From the sequence record SRR20825006_2952: 48,674 bases of DNA. One strand, written 5' to 3'. Under the pieces are notes generated by a model, which saw only the letters and a list, made by a program, of their open reading frames with translations, did not search any database and had not been told where the DNA came from. Positions 38,130-48,269 of the stretch are shown here, one piece after another (the stretch's first letter is position 1; each line of letters opens with the position of its first letter). The position numbers and the translations under genes are program-made.

Positions 38130-38938
38130 TAACTTTTAAGCCCAGAAGAGGCCATGCTTTTTATAAAATGCTTTTGGAAAATCAAGTAAGCTATTACCAC
38201 TGGTAGTGCCAATAAAAGTGCCGATGCCAGTTGTGCTCCAATACTTGAATCGGAGCCACCACCCACCGCAAAAAGTGCCACCATCTGTGGCATAGTCATT
38301 AAGTCTTGATCGCGAATTACAATGAGCGGCCACAATACTTCATTCCAGTTTGCAACAAAAGTGAGTATTGCAACAGTAACAACCACAGGTTTTGAAAGTG
38401 GCAGAATAATTCGGAATAAAATTCCAAGTTCGCTACATCCATCTAAACGAGCTGCATCAATCAAATCTTGAGGGATGGTTAAAAAGCTTTGTCTAAATAA
38501 CAGGATGGAAAATGCTGTTACCATTGTGGGGACAATCAACCCAGCTAGATTATCAGTAAGTCCTAACTTCACGATAAGAATGTACGTTGGGATGAGTGTT
38601 ATTTGAAATGGAATCATCATAGTTAACAAGCTCAATGAAAACATAGCATCGCGACCTTTCCACTTCAGCCTCGAAAATGCATAGCCTGTGATTGAACCAA
38701 AGAGTGTTACTGAAAGCGTCACTAAGCTGGTAACTATTGCGCTGTTTACAAATCCTTTTTCAATGGGAATTCTATCGAATACGAGCTTGTAATTTTGCCA
38801 GGTCCAAATTTCGGGTAATAGCTGGATTCCACCAATTTCGCCATCCGGTTTAAAGGTGCTGAAAAACATCCATATAAAAGGATAAGCGAACACCAATGCA
38901 CCCAAAATCAAAGCTGTGTAAAGCAAGGTTTTTTTCAT
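38129..38938 (-). CDS. Carbohydrate ABC transporter permease (MalG-like)
   Basis: YPFIWMFFSTFK, GYAFSRL, MMIPFQ, EAA-loop IPQDLIDAARLDG, WNEVLWPLI, FQKHFI. Confidence 0.93.
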   Translation of the reverse strand: MKKTLLYTALILGALVFAYPFIWMFFSTFKPDGEIGGIQLLPEIWTWQNYKLVFDRIPIEKGFVNSAIVTSLVTLSVTLFGSITGYAFSRLKWKGRDAMFSLSLLTMMIPFQITLIPTYILIVKLGLTDNLAGLIVPTMVTAFSILLFRQSFLTIPQDLIDAARLDGCSELGILFRIILPLSKPVVVTVAILTFVANWNEVLWPLIVIRDQDLMTMPQMVALFAVGGGSDSSIGAQLASALLLALPVVIAYLIFQKHFIKSMASSGLKS

Positions 38939-39807
38939 CAGTACAGCTCCGTTTCTACAAATTTTCGTTGAATTTTAACGACTGTGAAAATGATTACTGC
39001 AAAAAAGAGTCCCATTGTAGAAGCATAACCCATATGACCAAAGTTAAATGCTTGGTTGTAGATATATAAAACCGCGGATAACGTTGAGTTCATTGGCCCA
39101 CCACCGGTCATTACATAGGGCTCAATAAACAGCGAGAATCCACCAATAACAGACAACACAATTACAGTAACCACCGTTGGATTCAACATGGGTAGAGTAA
39201 TGTGAAAAAATTGCTGCCGTGCACTAGCTCCTTCTAAGTCTGCAGCTTCGTATAACTCGTTGGGAATGGATTGTAAACCTCCCATAAATAGAATTACATA
39301 CAAGCCCACATTTTTCCATGTTGCCATTAAAGCGATGGATGGCATTGCCCAGTTCTCTGAAACTAACCAAGGAACTTGATCTATCCCAAGCTGAAATAAA
39401 AATTGATTTATCAAGCCCGTTTCAAACGAAAATAGCTGTTGAAATAGAATGGTAACAACCACACCAGAAACTACAACAGGTAAGAAAAATAAAGTCCTAA
39501 AAAACCCACGTGCCACAATTTGCTTATTGAGCAATGTTGCAAAAAAGAGTGCTAAAACAATTTGAAGTGGAATATGAAGTACTAAGAAAATCCCAGTATT
39601 GATGATTGATTGCAGGAAAACTTCATCAGAAAAAACTCTTACAAAATTCTTTAAACCAACAAATTCCATTGGGGTAACTACATCCCAGCGATGAAAAACC
39701 AATATGATTGAAAACACAACGGGATATACAAAAAATAACGAAAGGTGAAGTATGTATGGCACACTTAACCAAAACCCGGGCTTCACTATTTTGGAGAGTT
39801 TTTTCAT
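38938..39807 (-). CDS. Carbohydrate ABC transporter permease (MalF-like)
   Basis: FVGLKNF, FRTLFFLP, WKNVG, GLQSIPNELYEAADLEGA, ITLPML, MTGGGP; TGATG coupling to the next gene. Confidence 0.93.
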   Translation of the reverse strand: MKKLSKIVKPGFWLSVPYILHLSLFFVYPVVFSIILVFHRWDVVTPMEFVGLKNFVRVFSDEVFLQSIINTGIFLVLHIPLQIVLALFFATLLNKQIVARGFFRTLFFLPVVVSGVVVTILFQQLFSFETGLINQFLFQLGIDQVPWLVSENWAMPSIALMATWKNVGLYVILFMGGLQSIPNELYEAADLEGASARQQFFHITLPMLNPTVVTVIVLSVIGGFSLFIEPYVMTGGGPMNSTLSAVLYIYNQAFNFGHMGYASTMGLFFAVIIFTVVKIQRKFVETELY

Positions 39808-39809
39808 AA

Positions 39810-41159
39810 CTATTTATTCCACTCCCTTAAAATTTCTATAGCCGAAATCATCTCTTTGGTGGCTTCTTCAGGGGTTATTTTTCCGTACACAGCAACTATT
39901 TCGTAATAGCGAGCTACGGCATCTAAGATTTCTTTGAAATCACGAACGTTGTCTACACCGCGAGTGTACGCAGCTTGCTGGGCAAAACGTGCTAAACTCG
40001 GATTCTCCTTAAAAAAAGTCTCGAATTCGGGATCCGTTAATAGCTCTTTTCGGATTGGGATTTGGCTTGCAAAAGCGAGTAATCTATAATCGGATTCTTT
40101 GCTAATCAGAAATTTTACAAACTCCCAACTTTCCTTGGGATGCTTTGTATTGGAAAATATCGCAATGTTTTTGTGATCACCATAGGTGTATACTTCCCCT
40201 TCGTATTGATCTGGCACAGGCAATGGGGCAAAATCATATTCTAACTCAGCAGGAGCGTTTTTTTCTAAATAAGAAATATTCCAGGGTCCTGTAAATTCAA
40301 CTGCAATTCTATTGTATAAAAACGCATTTCCTTGTAAGGATGAACGTGGAAAATATCCTTTTTTATAAAGCTGTTGATAGAAATTGAACACTTCGTTTGA
40401 TGCGTCTTCATCAATTGCTAGTTCGCCTTTTTCGAACAGGGTTTTGCCACCTGATGCAGTTATGTAGCTTGTGTAGTAATCGTAGTAGCGTTGCCACCAA
40501 ATAGGACGAATATCTCTAAATCCCATCCACTGGTCTATTCTACCATCGCCGTCAATATCTTTTGTGATTTTGGAAGCTGCATCAAGAAATTCTGAGTAAG
40601 TTCTTGGGAAGGTTTCAATTCCCGCATCTTTGAACATCTTCACATTGTATTGAACCATAATTGGGTTCGTTTTCCAAGGAACTTGATATGTGTGACCATC
40701 TTCAGCGATTACACTTTCTAAAATATCGGTAGGAACTCTTTGCTCCATTACTTCTTGGTAATCCTCAAATTTATCGAGAGGATAAAGTCCATTAGCGCGT
40801 ATGAAGTCGTTGGTTATTCCTGGCCAGATATTAGAGCAGATGTCAGGCGTAGTTCCAGCTACCATCGCTGAAAGGAGTACTTCTTCGCTTGATTGACCTG
40901 CCGGTAAAGCTTGCAAAAGTACTTGAACATCTTCGTGTTTAGCATTCCATTCCTCAACCAGTTCTTTCGCTAATGCATATTCCTGTGGATTTGGAGACGA
41001 CCAATACGTTATGGTTTTAATTTCGCTCGTAGAAGTTGTAGTTCCCTCGTTATTTGATGAACACGATAAACCAATCAGAACAAAGAATAACACAAAGTAA
41101 ATTTTATACTTTGTGTTACCAATAATGAACCGAGTGTTATGTCTATTCTTATTTATCAA
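39810..41159 (-). CDS. Sugar ABC transporter substrate-binding lipoprotein (family 1)
   Basis: Lipobox IGLSC; AGTTPDI, YQVPW, YNVKMFKDAGI, FTGPWNI, APLP, SWEFVKFL. TTG start at 41159 is uncertain. Confidence 0.88.
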   Translation of the reverse strand: MINKNRHNTRFIIGNTKYKIYFVLFFVLIGLSCSSNNEGTTTSTSEIKTITYWSSPNPQEYALAKELVEEWNAKHEDVQVLLQALPAGQSSEEVLLSAMVAGTTPDICSNIWPGITNDFIRANGLYPLDKFEDYQEVMEQRVPTDILESVIAEDGHTYQVPWKTNPIMVQYNVKMFKDAGIETFPRTYSEFLDAASKITKDIDGDGRIDQWMGFRDIRPIWWQRYYDYYTSYITASGGKTLFEKGELAIDEDASNEVFNFYQQLYKKGYFPRSSLQGNAFLYNRIAVEFTGPWNISYLEKNAPAELEYDFAPLPVPDQYEGEVYTYGDHKNIAIFSNTKHPKESWEFVKFLISKESDYRLLAFASQIPIRKELLTDPEFETFFKENPSLARFAQQAAYTRGVDNVRDFKEILDAVARYYEIVAVYGKITPEEATKEMISAIEILREWNK

Positions 41160-41160
41160 T

Positions 41161-42198
41161 TTAGAAGCCTACTTCTAGAGCTAAAGTATGAACGACGCCT
41201 AAACTTCCAACCGATTTATATCCATAGCTTAGTTTGGCTAATAGCCCTGTAGAAAGTTGTTGATGAACTCCCAATCCTGCGGTAAAACCGACTTCTACGT
41301 CGTCTAAGAAAAGCGATTGGTAGCCCGATCTTAAAAATACTCTTTTCTGAAAACTGTATTCCCCACCAATATTCACACTTTCGTAGTTAGAACTTGGGTG
41401 CAGTGCATCAATAGCTATAAGAATATTGTGCATGGGTGTTTTTAGTGGTTCGAATGCAATTCCAAACTGGAAATTAAGAGGTAAACTCCATGAGTCCGTT
41501 TCATAGTTTACAGGAATTCTGTCGTTGTTACCTTCGCTTACTGGGTCGGGATCAACAAAAGTTCTTAAATCTCTGCCTTGCATTCTTAGGTCGCTACCGA
41601 AATTTGATATCGTTGCTCCAATTACCATCCCACCTAGAAAATCGGTTTTATATTTAGTCCCTAAATCTAAGGCTATGGCATTTGCTTTAGAGTGCCAAAT
41701 TCTTTGTTGGATGAATTTAGCTGTACCACCAACACTGAATCTGTCGCCAATAGTTGAAGCGTAAGTAATACCGAAAGCCACATCTGCAGCATCGAAGGTT
41801 TCTCCAGTTCCGTCTTGAAACTCCTCGGTTCTAACAAGCATTTCTGGCACACTTAGCATAGTTAGCGAAAACCCTACATTGCCAAATTTCTTAAAGTTGA
41901 ATACCGCTCCCACATAGTTGAAATCCATTCCTGACAACCATCCGCTATGAGATGTAATAATTTCATTATTGTCGATTGAAGTAATTCCAGCTGGATTCCA
42001 ATATAATGCAGAGGCATCATCTGAAACGGCTACGAAAGCGGACCCCATACTTGAAGCCCTTCCGCCTACACCAATTTGCAGGAACTCAGCCACTGTTGTT
42101 CCTACTTTAGAAACGTTCTGTGCATTAGCGGTCAATGGTGCCATTAAACCAATAAAGCATGCCCCAAGAGTAAGAATATGTTTAGCTTTTACTTTCAT
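41161..42198 (-). CDS. PorV/PorQ (UPF0164)-like outer-membrane beta-barrel
   Basis: Signal peptide; KVGTT.AEFLQIGVGGRASSMGSAFVAVSDDASALYWNPAG; alternating beta strands; C-terminal LEVGF; SD AAGGA. Confidence 0.82.
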   Translation of the reverse strand: MKVKAKHILTLGACFIGLMAPLTANAQNVSKVGTTVAEFLQIGVGGRASSMGSAFVAVSDDASALYWNPAGITSIDNNEIITSHSGWLSGMDFNYVGAVFNFKKFGNVGFSLTMLSVPEMLVRTEEFQDGTGETFDAADVAFGITYASTIGDRFSVGGTAKFIQQRIWHSKANAIALDLGTKYKTDFLGGMVIGATISNFGSDLRMQGRDLRTFVDPDPVSEGNNDRIPVNYETDSWSLPLNFQFGIAFEPLKTPMHNILIAIDALHPSSNYESVNIGGEYSFQKRVFLRSGYQSLFLDDVEVGFTAGLGVHQQLSTGLLAKLSYGYKSVGSLGVVHTLALEVGF

Positions 42199-42206
42199 TA
42201 CGTTCC

Positions 42207-45200
42207 TTATTTAATAACCGCAAATCTTCCAGTTCTCTCACCAATACCTTTTGCTTCTACATGGTACAGATAAACTCCGTAGGCGAGATTCATTCCGTCT
42301 TTAGTAACTAAATTCCAAGCTTCTTGGCCATCTTCAATCGTCGAATTATGATAGATGGTGTTTACAAGTTGCCCCGTAATTGTGTAAATCTTTATGGTGC
42401 ATTCGGCAGGGAGATTCATGAAATATATTCGTCGCTCTCCTCTTCCCGAGCGATACGTGTTGGCTGGTTCGAAATCGCTTGTTGCTACATAAGGATTTGG
42501 AACTACGAAAATGTCTTTAAGTTTATCTTTCGCTAAGCTTTTGTCGAGTTCTCCTCCTTTCATTGTAAACTTAAATTCATCATTACTACTAAAAGGCTTA
42601 CTTGTTTTAAAAGCTAAAGATGACCCGTCGGCAGGAGCTTGAGGTATTATATCGGGCTGAAGGACTGGATCTGGCGGTATTAATCGAACCGACCAACTAG
42701 CTCTCCACTTACCACCTGCAAATGCTGGTTCAAGTCCGGGTTCGGTTCCCATAATAATCACAATCAATTCACTAGCATCGTATTGTCCATTTTTTAAACC
42801 ATCTACATCTTCGATGATTGAGAACCGCTCTCTTTCGCCTGTAATGGTATTTATGATATAGAATGGTGTAGGAATTTCTTGCATTCCAAAAGCCACTCTC
42901 ATGGAAGTATCTGACGTTGTGGATGTAAACTTAATTTCAAAGTCCGCAGGATATTTGATAAATCTAGACACAAATAAACTGTTGTTTGAAGCAGGTTGAA
43001 CGTTAGGCGTGTAATTGCCTCCCTCGCCTTTATATTCCACACTACTTTCAATAATAGCAATCTCTTTGGGTCCTTCAATATCAATAGAAAAACCATCAAC
43101 TAACGATGTTTGAATACTGCCTTCTTCTAAAATCCCACTAAAAATAGGCGCTGCATCGTCGGGCGAATTGAGCGTTACGATTGGATTTATATTTGTTTGC
43201 CAAGTTGTGTCATTTTCGAAGTTGAGTGAATATTCTTTGCCTTCGATTACTGTTCCGCTTGATAAAATATTAACCGAAATACTTCCTGTTCCCTGAAGGT
43301 CATTATCCGCGAGAATAACATTCGGTGGTACATATCCTGCTGAAGGAGCTCTTGGAGTTATTACTGCAGTATTTACATCAACATTTATATTACCAGCAAC
43401 ATCGTTTTTAATTACCGCAGTAGTAGTGCTTGGCGAAATTCCTCGAATTTTCCCATCAGAACTTGTCACAAAATTTCCGTCACCGTCTTTTTCAACAAAA
43501 CCTCGATCGTAGGGAACCAGTGCATAGTAATAGGTTTTGCCATTTATAACATCGCGATCTATGTAGCTATGTTTTAGCCCCGAATCGTTACCAAGATTAA
43601 ATTGGACCCCATTTACCGCCACCGGATGAAGGCCATTTATTCCGTTCTTCAGATCGAATTGAGCAAGTGGTTTTTGGTAGATTGTACTGCCATAAGCATC
43701 TGTTATAAGCAGGTTCTCTTCAAAATTGGGCTCTGTAGAACGATAAATTAGATATCCTTCAAAATCGTATTCACCCAAAAATGGATCGAATGAACTTTCT
43801 GCTTTATCATCCCAATATAACGTTACCATTTCATCGCCAGCTACCGCTGTAAGATTTGACTTATTGGGAGGGCGGGCAAACTGATAATCTGCATTATATA
43901 TTTGTTGAACCGTCTCTTTTTTACGAGCTAAAGAAGAATTAGAAATATCTCTAGGATCGTTAAAATCTTTATCAGCAAAAACTAGCGCCATTGAAAAGCG
44001 CTCGGTTTGACCAGCTTTTAGTGGGAATGGTCCCGATGAAAAGAACATCCCTAAATTCCTTCCGCCTTCTAACACAACATCTTCCAATGGAGGAAGTGCT
44101 TCAGAAAAAAGCTCGTAATTTTTTTCGTCATCAATCAGTTCGTATTGGTGGACATCAAAAACCTGAAAACCTGTTAATCCAATTTGATCGGATTCATCTT
44201 TATCTAGGCCATCAAAATTGGGTTCGCCTTCATCTGGCTGTCCATTTCCTTCGCCTTCGTCAATACCTGGATAGTTTGGATTATCTGGCCCAAGCCCATC
44301 TAAACCAACATCGTTATTTAAAGGCTCGCCAGTATCCCAAATTCCGTTGTCGTTCAAGTCAGAAAAAGTAAGCCAATCCATATCTTCATCTCCTGTCCAC
44401 CAAAAACCCGAATCATACGCTGGCATTTGTTCAAGTGGCAGGTAAAAGTCTTCAAATTTGGCAAGATCATAGTTTGCTTGAACGTAGTTTTCTATGTTAG
44501 CCTTCCCTTCGATGAGCTGGCCTTTACCACTATCTCTTTTCTCATCAATAATTCCATCATTATCGTTGTCTATATTATCAGTTGAGTTCCCTGGTGATTC
44601 CAAAAATGAATAACCAGCAGTTCCAACAGGTCCCCATAAGCCAGGCGAACCTATTCCGTCATAATCCCACGCGAAGGCAATATCCAAATCCGTATCGTAA
44701 GCTCCTTCATCATCACCAGAATCATCTGTTCCGCCAATTCCCCAATCAATATATTGTGAGAAATACACATCATCGTAATCCACATCACATTCATTTGTAA
44801 TTTCATACAGCCAGAAAATCACATCCTGTGCCAGTGGGTGATTCCATTGAAATCCACGTGCTTTTACTTCTATTCCTAGCCCGCCACGAGTGTGGTCATC
44901 ACTGCATGGATAAAAATTATGCGGTGCTTTAGTCCATTCTTTGTCCTCAGCATCATCATACACAAAATAGGTTTCTAAATCGGCATTGCTCACGCCTTTT
45001 CCAAACCAACCGTTCCATTGCCCAGCCCAATCAACAGGACGATCTGGCCAAATTGCTGGCCATGTTCTTTCGTCGTCACTTCGGGCAGGTGAACTTTGTA
45101 GCGGGTTTGAAAATCCATACAAAGGGGCGAAACCCCAAGGTACTTTTGTTATTGGATCTAAATCGATAAACTCTCGATAATTGGTACTCATCGGCGTGAT

Positions 45201-45515
45201 TGTATTTCCTTGAGCATCTTTAGTTTTGGCGGAAACGATGAATGCAACACCATCTATATAAGAATGCCCGCTTCCTTTAGGCCACTCACCAGAGGGTTGA
45301 TCGGGATGGCGAGCAATCTCACCGTGATTTGAATAAAGTGTGCGAACACGGTTACCATCCATTATGCCCCATTGTGTCCACTTATTGCTACCGTGGTCAA
45401 TATTTTCTTGAGCGTTAACAATGCTAGTTGTAAGTGGTAGCATCAGCAAAGCTATAATAGCCAGAGTTGTAGCTTTCTGTATTCTCATGGTCGATTTGTT
45501 CTCAATTATAGTCAC
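42207..45515 (-). CDS. Large secreted hypothetical protein with acidic Ca-binding-like repeats and a variant T9SS-like C-terminal domain
   Basis: GTG start with SD AGAGGA; signal peptide ending VNA/Q; GEWPKGSGH, DNIDNDNDGIIDE, DFEGYLIYRS...YYYAL (FN3-like), C-terminal VVPNPY...FMNLP.ECTIKIYTITGQLV...WNL...AYGVYLYHVEA...FAVIK. Confidence 0.75.
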   Translation of the reverse strand: MTIIENKSTMRIQKATTLAIIALLMLPLTTSIVNAQENIDHGSNKWTQWGIMDGNRVRTLYSNHGEIARHPDQPSGEWPKGSGHSYIDGVAFIVSAKTKDAQGNTITPMSTNYREFIDLDPITKVPWGFAPLYGFSNPLQSSPARSDDERTWPAIWPDRPVDWAGQWNGWFGKGVSNADLETYFVYDDAEDKEWTKAPHNFYPCSDDHTRGGLGIEVKARGFQWNHPLAQDVIFWLYEITNECDVDYDDVYFSQYIDWGIGGTDDSGDDEGAYDTDLDIAFAWDYDGIGSPGLWGPVGTAGYSFLESPGNSTDNIDNDNDGIIDEKRDSGKGQLIEGKANIENYVQANYDLAKFEDFYLPLEQMPAYDSGFWWTGDEDMDWLTFSDLNDNGIWDTGEPLNNDVGLDGLGPDNPNYPGIDEGEGNGQPDEGEPNFDGLDKDESDQIGLTGFQVFDVHQYELIDDEKNYELFSEALPPLEDVVLEGGRNLGMFFSSGPFPLKAGQTERFSMALVFADKDFNDPRDISNSSLARKKETVQQIYNADYQFARPPNKSNLTAVAGDEMVTLYWDDKAESSFDPFLGEYDFEGYLIYRSTEPNFEENLLITDAYGSTIYQKPLAQFDLKNGINGLHPVAVNGVQFNLGNDSGLKHSYIDRDVINGKTYYYALVPYDRGFVEKDGDGNFVTSSDGKIRGISPSTTTAVIKNDVAGNINVDVNTAVITPRAPSAGYVPPNVILADNDLQGTGSISVNILSSGTVIEGKEYSLNFENDTTWQTNINPIVTLNSPDDAAPIFSGILEEGSIQTSLVDGFSIDIEGPKEIAIIESSVEYKGEGGNYTPNVQPASNNSLFVSRFIKYPADFEIKFTSTTSDTSMRVAFGMQEIPTPFYIINTITGERERFSIIEDVDGLKNGQYDASELIVIIMGTEPGLEPAFAGGKWRASWSVRLIPPDPVLQPDIIPQAPADGSSLAFKTSKPFSSNDEFKFTMKGGELDKSLAKDKLKDIFVVPNPYVATSDFEPANTYRSGRGERRIYFMNLPAECTIKIYTITGQLVNTIYHNSTIEDGQEAWNLVTKDGMNLAYGVYLYHVEAKGIGERTGRFAVIK

Positions 45516-45525
45516 AGTTATCCTC

Positions 45526-48195
45526 TTAGAAACTTAGGCTCAATCCTAGTGATACTCGCCTTGGGGCAGAGTAGAAATCTGGTCGAAATAAATATTCTTC
45601 TTTGGAGTTCAACCCTTGTGGAATTCCAGTATAATATTGGGGGTTTGGAAATGCTCGTCCCGTATCGTCGTAAGCATTGGTCTCATTTTTTATATCAAGC
45701 ACATTGTATATTCTCGCAAAAATACTCGCGTTCATCCCCTTAATAGTGATACTTTTTGAAGCGTAGGCATCAAAATTGAGGTACGTTGGCTTTCTGTCTG
45801 AGTTAACCAAGCCAATTCGCTCATTTGCGCGAGAAGGTGTATAAGGAAAGCCTGAGCCATACTCCCCTAGAATAGTAAGAACCCAATTATTTTTGGTTAG
45901 GAAACTAGCTGTTGCATTAACTTGATGCCTTCTATCCCAATCGAGTGGCACAAGTTGTTTCTCTGTTTGTAAGCCAGCTTGTTCATCTAATAATCGAGAT
46001 TGAGGATCACTTGCATTTCCTGAGGCAACTTGGAACGAATAGTTAATATTAAAACTAAAATTGTTATTCATTCTCTCTTCAAGATTAATGATTAATCCTT
46101 TCGTTTGCCCATAATCAGTATTGATGTATCGCCCATATTTTGAAAGTGGAAATGGCTCATCAACACCTGGTTGGATAGTTTCGATGCGAGTACCCAACAG
46201 GTTTCTAATGTCTTTATAAAACACAGTTACTTGTACGGCTAATACATCACTAAGGCCTTGCTGTAATCCAATTTCGTAAGAAACGGTTTGTTGAGGTTTT
46301 AAGTCAGGATTCCCAAAAACACGCCCCAAGCCTACTTCTGGGTTGTAAGTGTAATCAGGATTTATGTAGAGATATTCAAATGATGGGACTTGGAAAAAGT
46401 GGCCATAAGAAACATGTACAATTCCTGTTTCTGTGATTGGATAGGCAATACCGAATCGCGGTGAAATCTGCCAATTTGGTGTAGTGTTGGTTTTTTCTGA
46501 AGTAGTTGGCCGACCATAATCTGCAGGAAAATTACTATTCGCATCGAAATAATCGAAACGAACACCAAGGTTTACAACCATATAATCGAACTCCATTTTG
46601 TCTTGAATATATGCGCTAACTTCAAATGGTCGCTCATCAAAATATACGTGATCTGGAGTTCCTTCAGGTGGAATAGCAGGCACATAGCCTGTGGACGAGT
46701 TATTATTTATTCCAAAACTTCTGAACTGAAGATTGTAGGTTTTAAATAATGTGCCCGTTTTTACCATATGCTGTCTGGTAACCTGGCTAGTAATATCAAA
46801 TCCAGTTAGAAGCGTTTTAGTTTCTCTTTTAGTGTAATCCATAACAGCACCGCCTCTGTAGAATGAGAAATTTCCACCCAAAAAGCTCTGAGCATCATCT
46901 CTCGGATATCTTGAATCTAGAGGATCTTCATACACATACGAATTACTTCTATTTATGAAATAAGCACCTTTTAAATTGATAAAAGTTTTAGCACTTATAG
47001 AGTAGCTGTCTACCAAATTTAAACTAATCGACTCGCCGTAATTGGTGGGGGCCCCATCTGGGTTGTACTTATATAAGTGATAATAATTCTGTCCGGAATC
47101 ATTTTGATACAAACCAGAAATAGATAATTTATTATGTTTTATATGTGATGAAGTGAGTTTAAGCTGAGCTGTATTTTGTTTACTCCAATTCATCGATTTA
47201 TATGAACTATCTCCAAACATGGGCACATACACTTGACGTCCGTCAACGGTAACAAACTCGCCACTGTCGTCGCTTTGTCCTATAGGTCGCACAATATTTC
47301 TACCATAAAGATAGCCTTCATCGTTCACGGTTCTGCCCGATACAAAAAAGTGCAATTTCTTTTTGAAGCCAGGGATTGGCCCACTTAATGATCCTTGAAA
47401 GTCATAAATATCCAGTGGCGAAATAGAACCGTTATTTGCAAAAACATCACTATGCGTAGTAACATAATCTCCACTGTACATAGAGAAGTTACCTTGGTAT
47501 TTATCGCCCCCATCTTTAGTTACAATATTAACTACACCTGATTGAGCTTGTCCAAATTCAGCATTAAAAGTTCCAGAAATTACTTCCACTTCTTGGATGG
47601 AGTTATTTTCAACTTGATATGCATATGAGTTATCAAACGAATCATTGATGGGAATCCCATCCACTAAATAGGCTACTTCTCCAATTCTTCCACCTCTAAA
47701 ATGGCCATCTACTACACCCGCTTGTAGGTTTACGGCATCATCAAAATTCTCGATAGGTAACAATTCTAACTCTTTAGAAGATATTGACACTTTTGAAGAC
47801 GTTAAATCTCGCTGTACAATAGGACGTTCTGCTGTAACAACAATTTCTTCACCTTCAATCACGCTCTCACTTAGTACGAAATCAATCGTAGTAGTTTGAT
47901 TGATTTTCACCCGTACATCTTGCACTACTTGTGTTTTGAAGCCGAGAAAAGAAGCACGAAGCTCATACGTTCCTGGCACAATATTCAAGATTACGTAATA
48001 TCCATCGTTATCGGTTACTGCCCCTTGCTGAGTACCCACTATTGCAACGTTTACACCTGGCAAGGTTTCTCCAGTTTCTTGATCAATAACCTGCCCTGTG
48101 ATCTTACCAGAGGTAAACGTTTTTGACGTTACAGGAGCTTGCATCAAAAATAAAACCGTGAATACTAAAAACAGGAAATTCTTAAGTGGGCGCAT
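45526..48195 (-). CDS. TonB-dependent receptor (non-SusC type)
   Basis: GKITGQVID.ETGETLPGVNV...GAVTDNDGYY; HFRGGR, YLVDG, ISGTFNAEFGQAQSGVVNIVTK plug; SPRFGIAYP, GNPDLKP, C-terminal PRRVSLGLSLSF. Confidence 0.92.
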   Translation of the reverse strand: MRPLKNFLFLVFTVLFLMQAPVTSKTFTSGKITGQVIDQETGETLPGVNVAIVGTQQGAVTDNDGYYVILNIVPGTYELRASFLGFKTQVVQDVRVKINQTTTIDFVLSESVIEGEEIVVTAERPIVQRDLTSSKVSISSKELELLPIENFDDAVNLQAGVVDGHFRGGRIGEVAYLVDGIPINDSFDNSYAYQVENNSIQEVEVISGTFNAEFGQAQSGVVNIVTKDGGDKYQGNFSMYSGDYVTTHSDVFANNGSISPLDIYDFQGSLSGPIPGFKKKLHFFVSGRTVNDEGYLYGRNIVRPIGQSDDSGEFVTVDGRQVYVPMFGDSSYKSMNWSKQNTAQLKLTSSHIKHNKLSISGLYQNDSGQNYYHLYKYNPDGAPTNYGESISLNLVDSYSISAKTFINLKGAYFINRSNSYVYEDPLDSRYPRDDAQSFLGGNFSFYRGGAVMDYTKRETKTLLTGFDITSQVTRQHMVKTGTLFKTYNLQFRSFGINNNSSTGYVPAIPPEGTPDHVYFDERPFEVSAYIQDKMEFDYMVVNLGVRFDYFDANSNFPADYGRPTTSEKTNTTPNWQISPRFGIAYPITETGIVHVSYGHFFQVPSFEYLYINPDYTYNPEVGLGRVFGNPDLKPQQTVSYEIGLQQGLSDVLAVQVTVFYKDIRNLLGTRIETIQPGVDEPFPLSKYGRYINTDYGQTKGLIINLEERMNNNFSFNINYSFQVASGNASDPQSRLLDEQAGLQTEKQLVPLDWDRRHQVNATASFLTKNNWVLTILGEYGSGFPYTPSRANERIGLVNSDRKPTYLNFDAYASKSITIKGMNASIFARIYNVLDIKNETNAYDDTGRAFPNPQYYTGIPQGLNSKEEYLFRPDFYSAPRRVSLGLSLSF

Positions 48196-48219
48196 ATTTT
48201 TTTATTCAACTGTTGATTT

Positions 48220-48251
48220 AAAAAGGATTCCCAGGTATCAGCTAGGAATCC
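48220..48251 (-). terminator. Rho-independent terminator-like stem-loop between the T9SS cargo gene and the TBDR gene
   Basis: Minus strand GGATTCCTAG-CTGATAC-CTGGGAATCC-TTTTT: 10-bp stem with one G:U pair, then U5. Confidence 0.7.
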
Positions 48252-48269
48252 ATTATTGCTAATAAGCTT

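Noticed and set aside
196-48126. Numerous 60-126 aa ORFs in the ORF track, mostly on the plus strand
   Set aside because: All lie antisense to or out of frame within well-supported genes and show no recognisable motifs.
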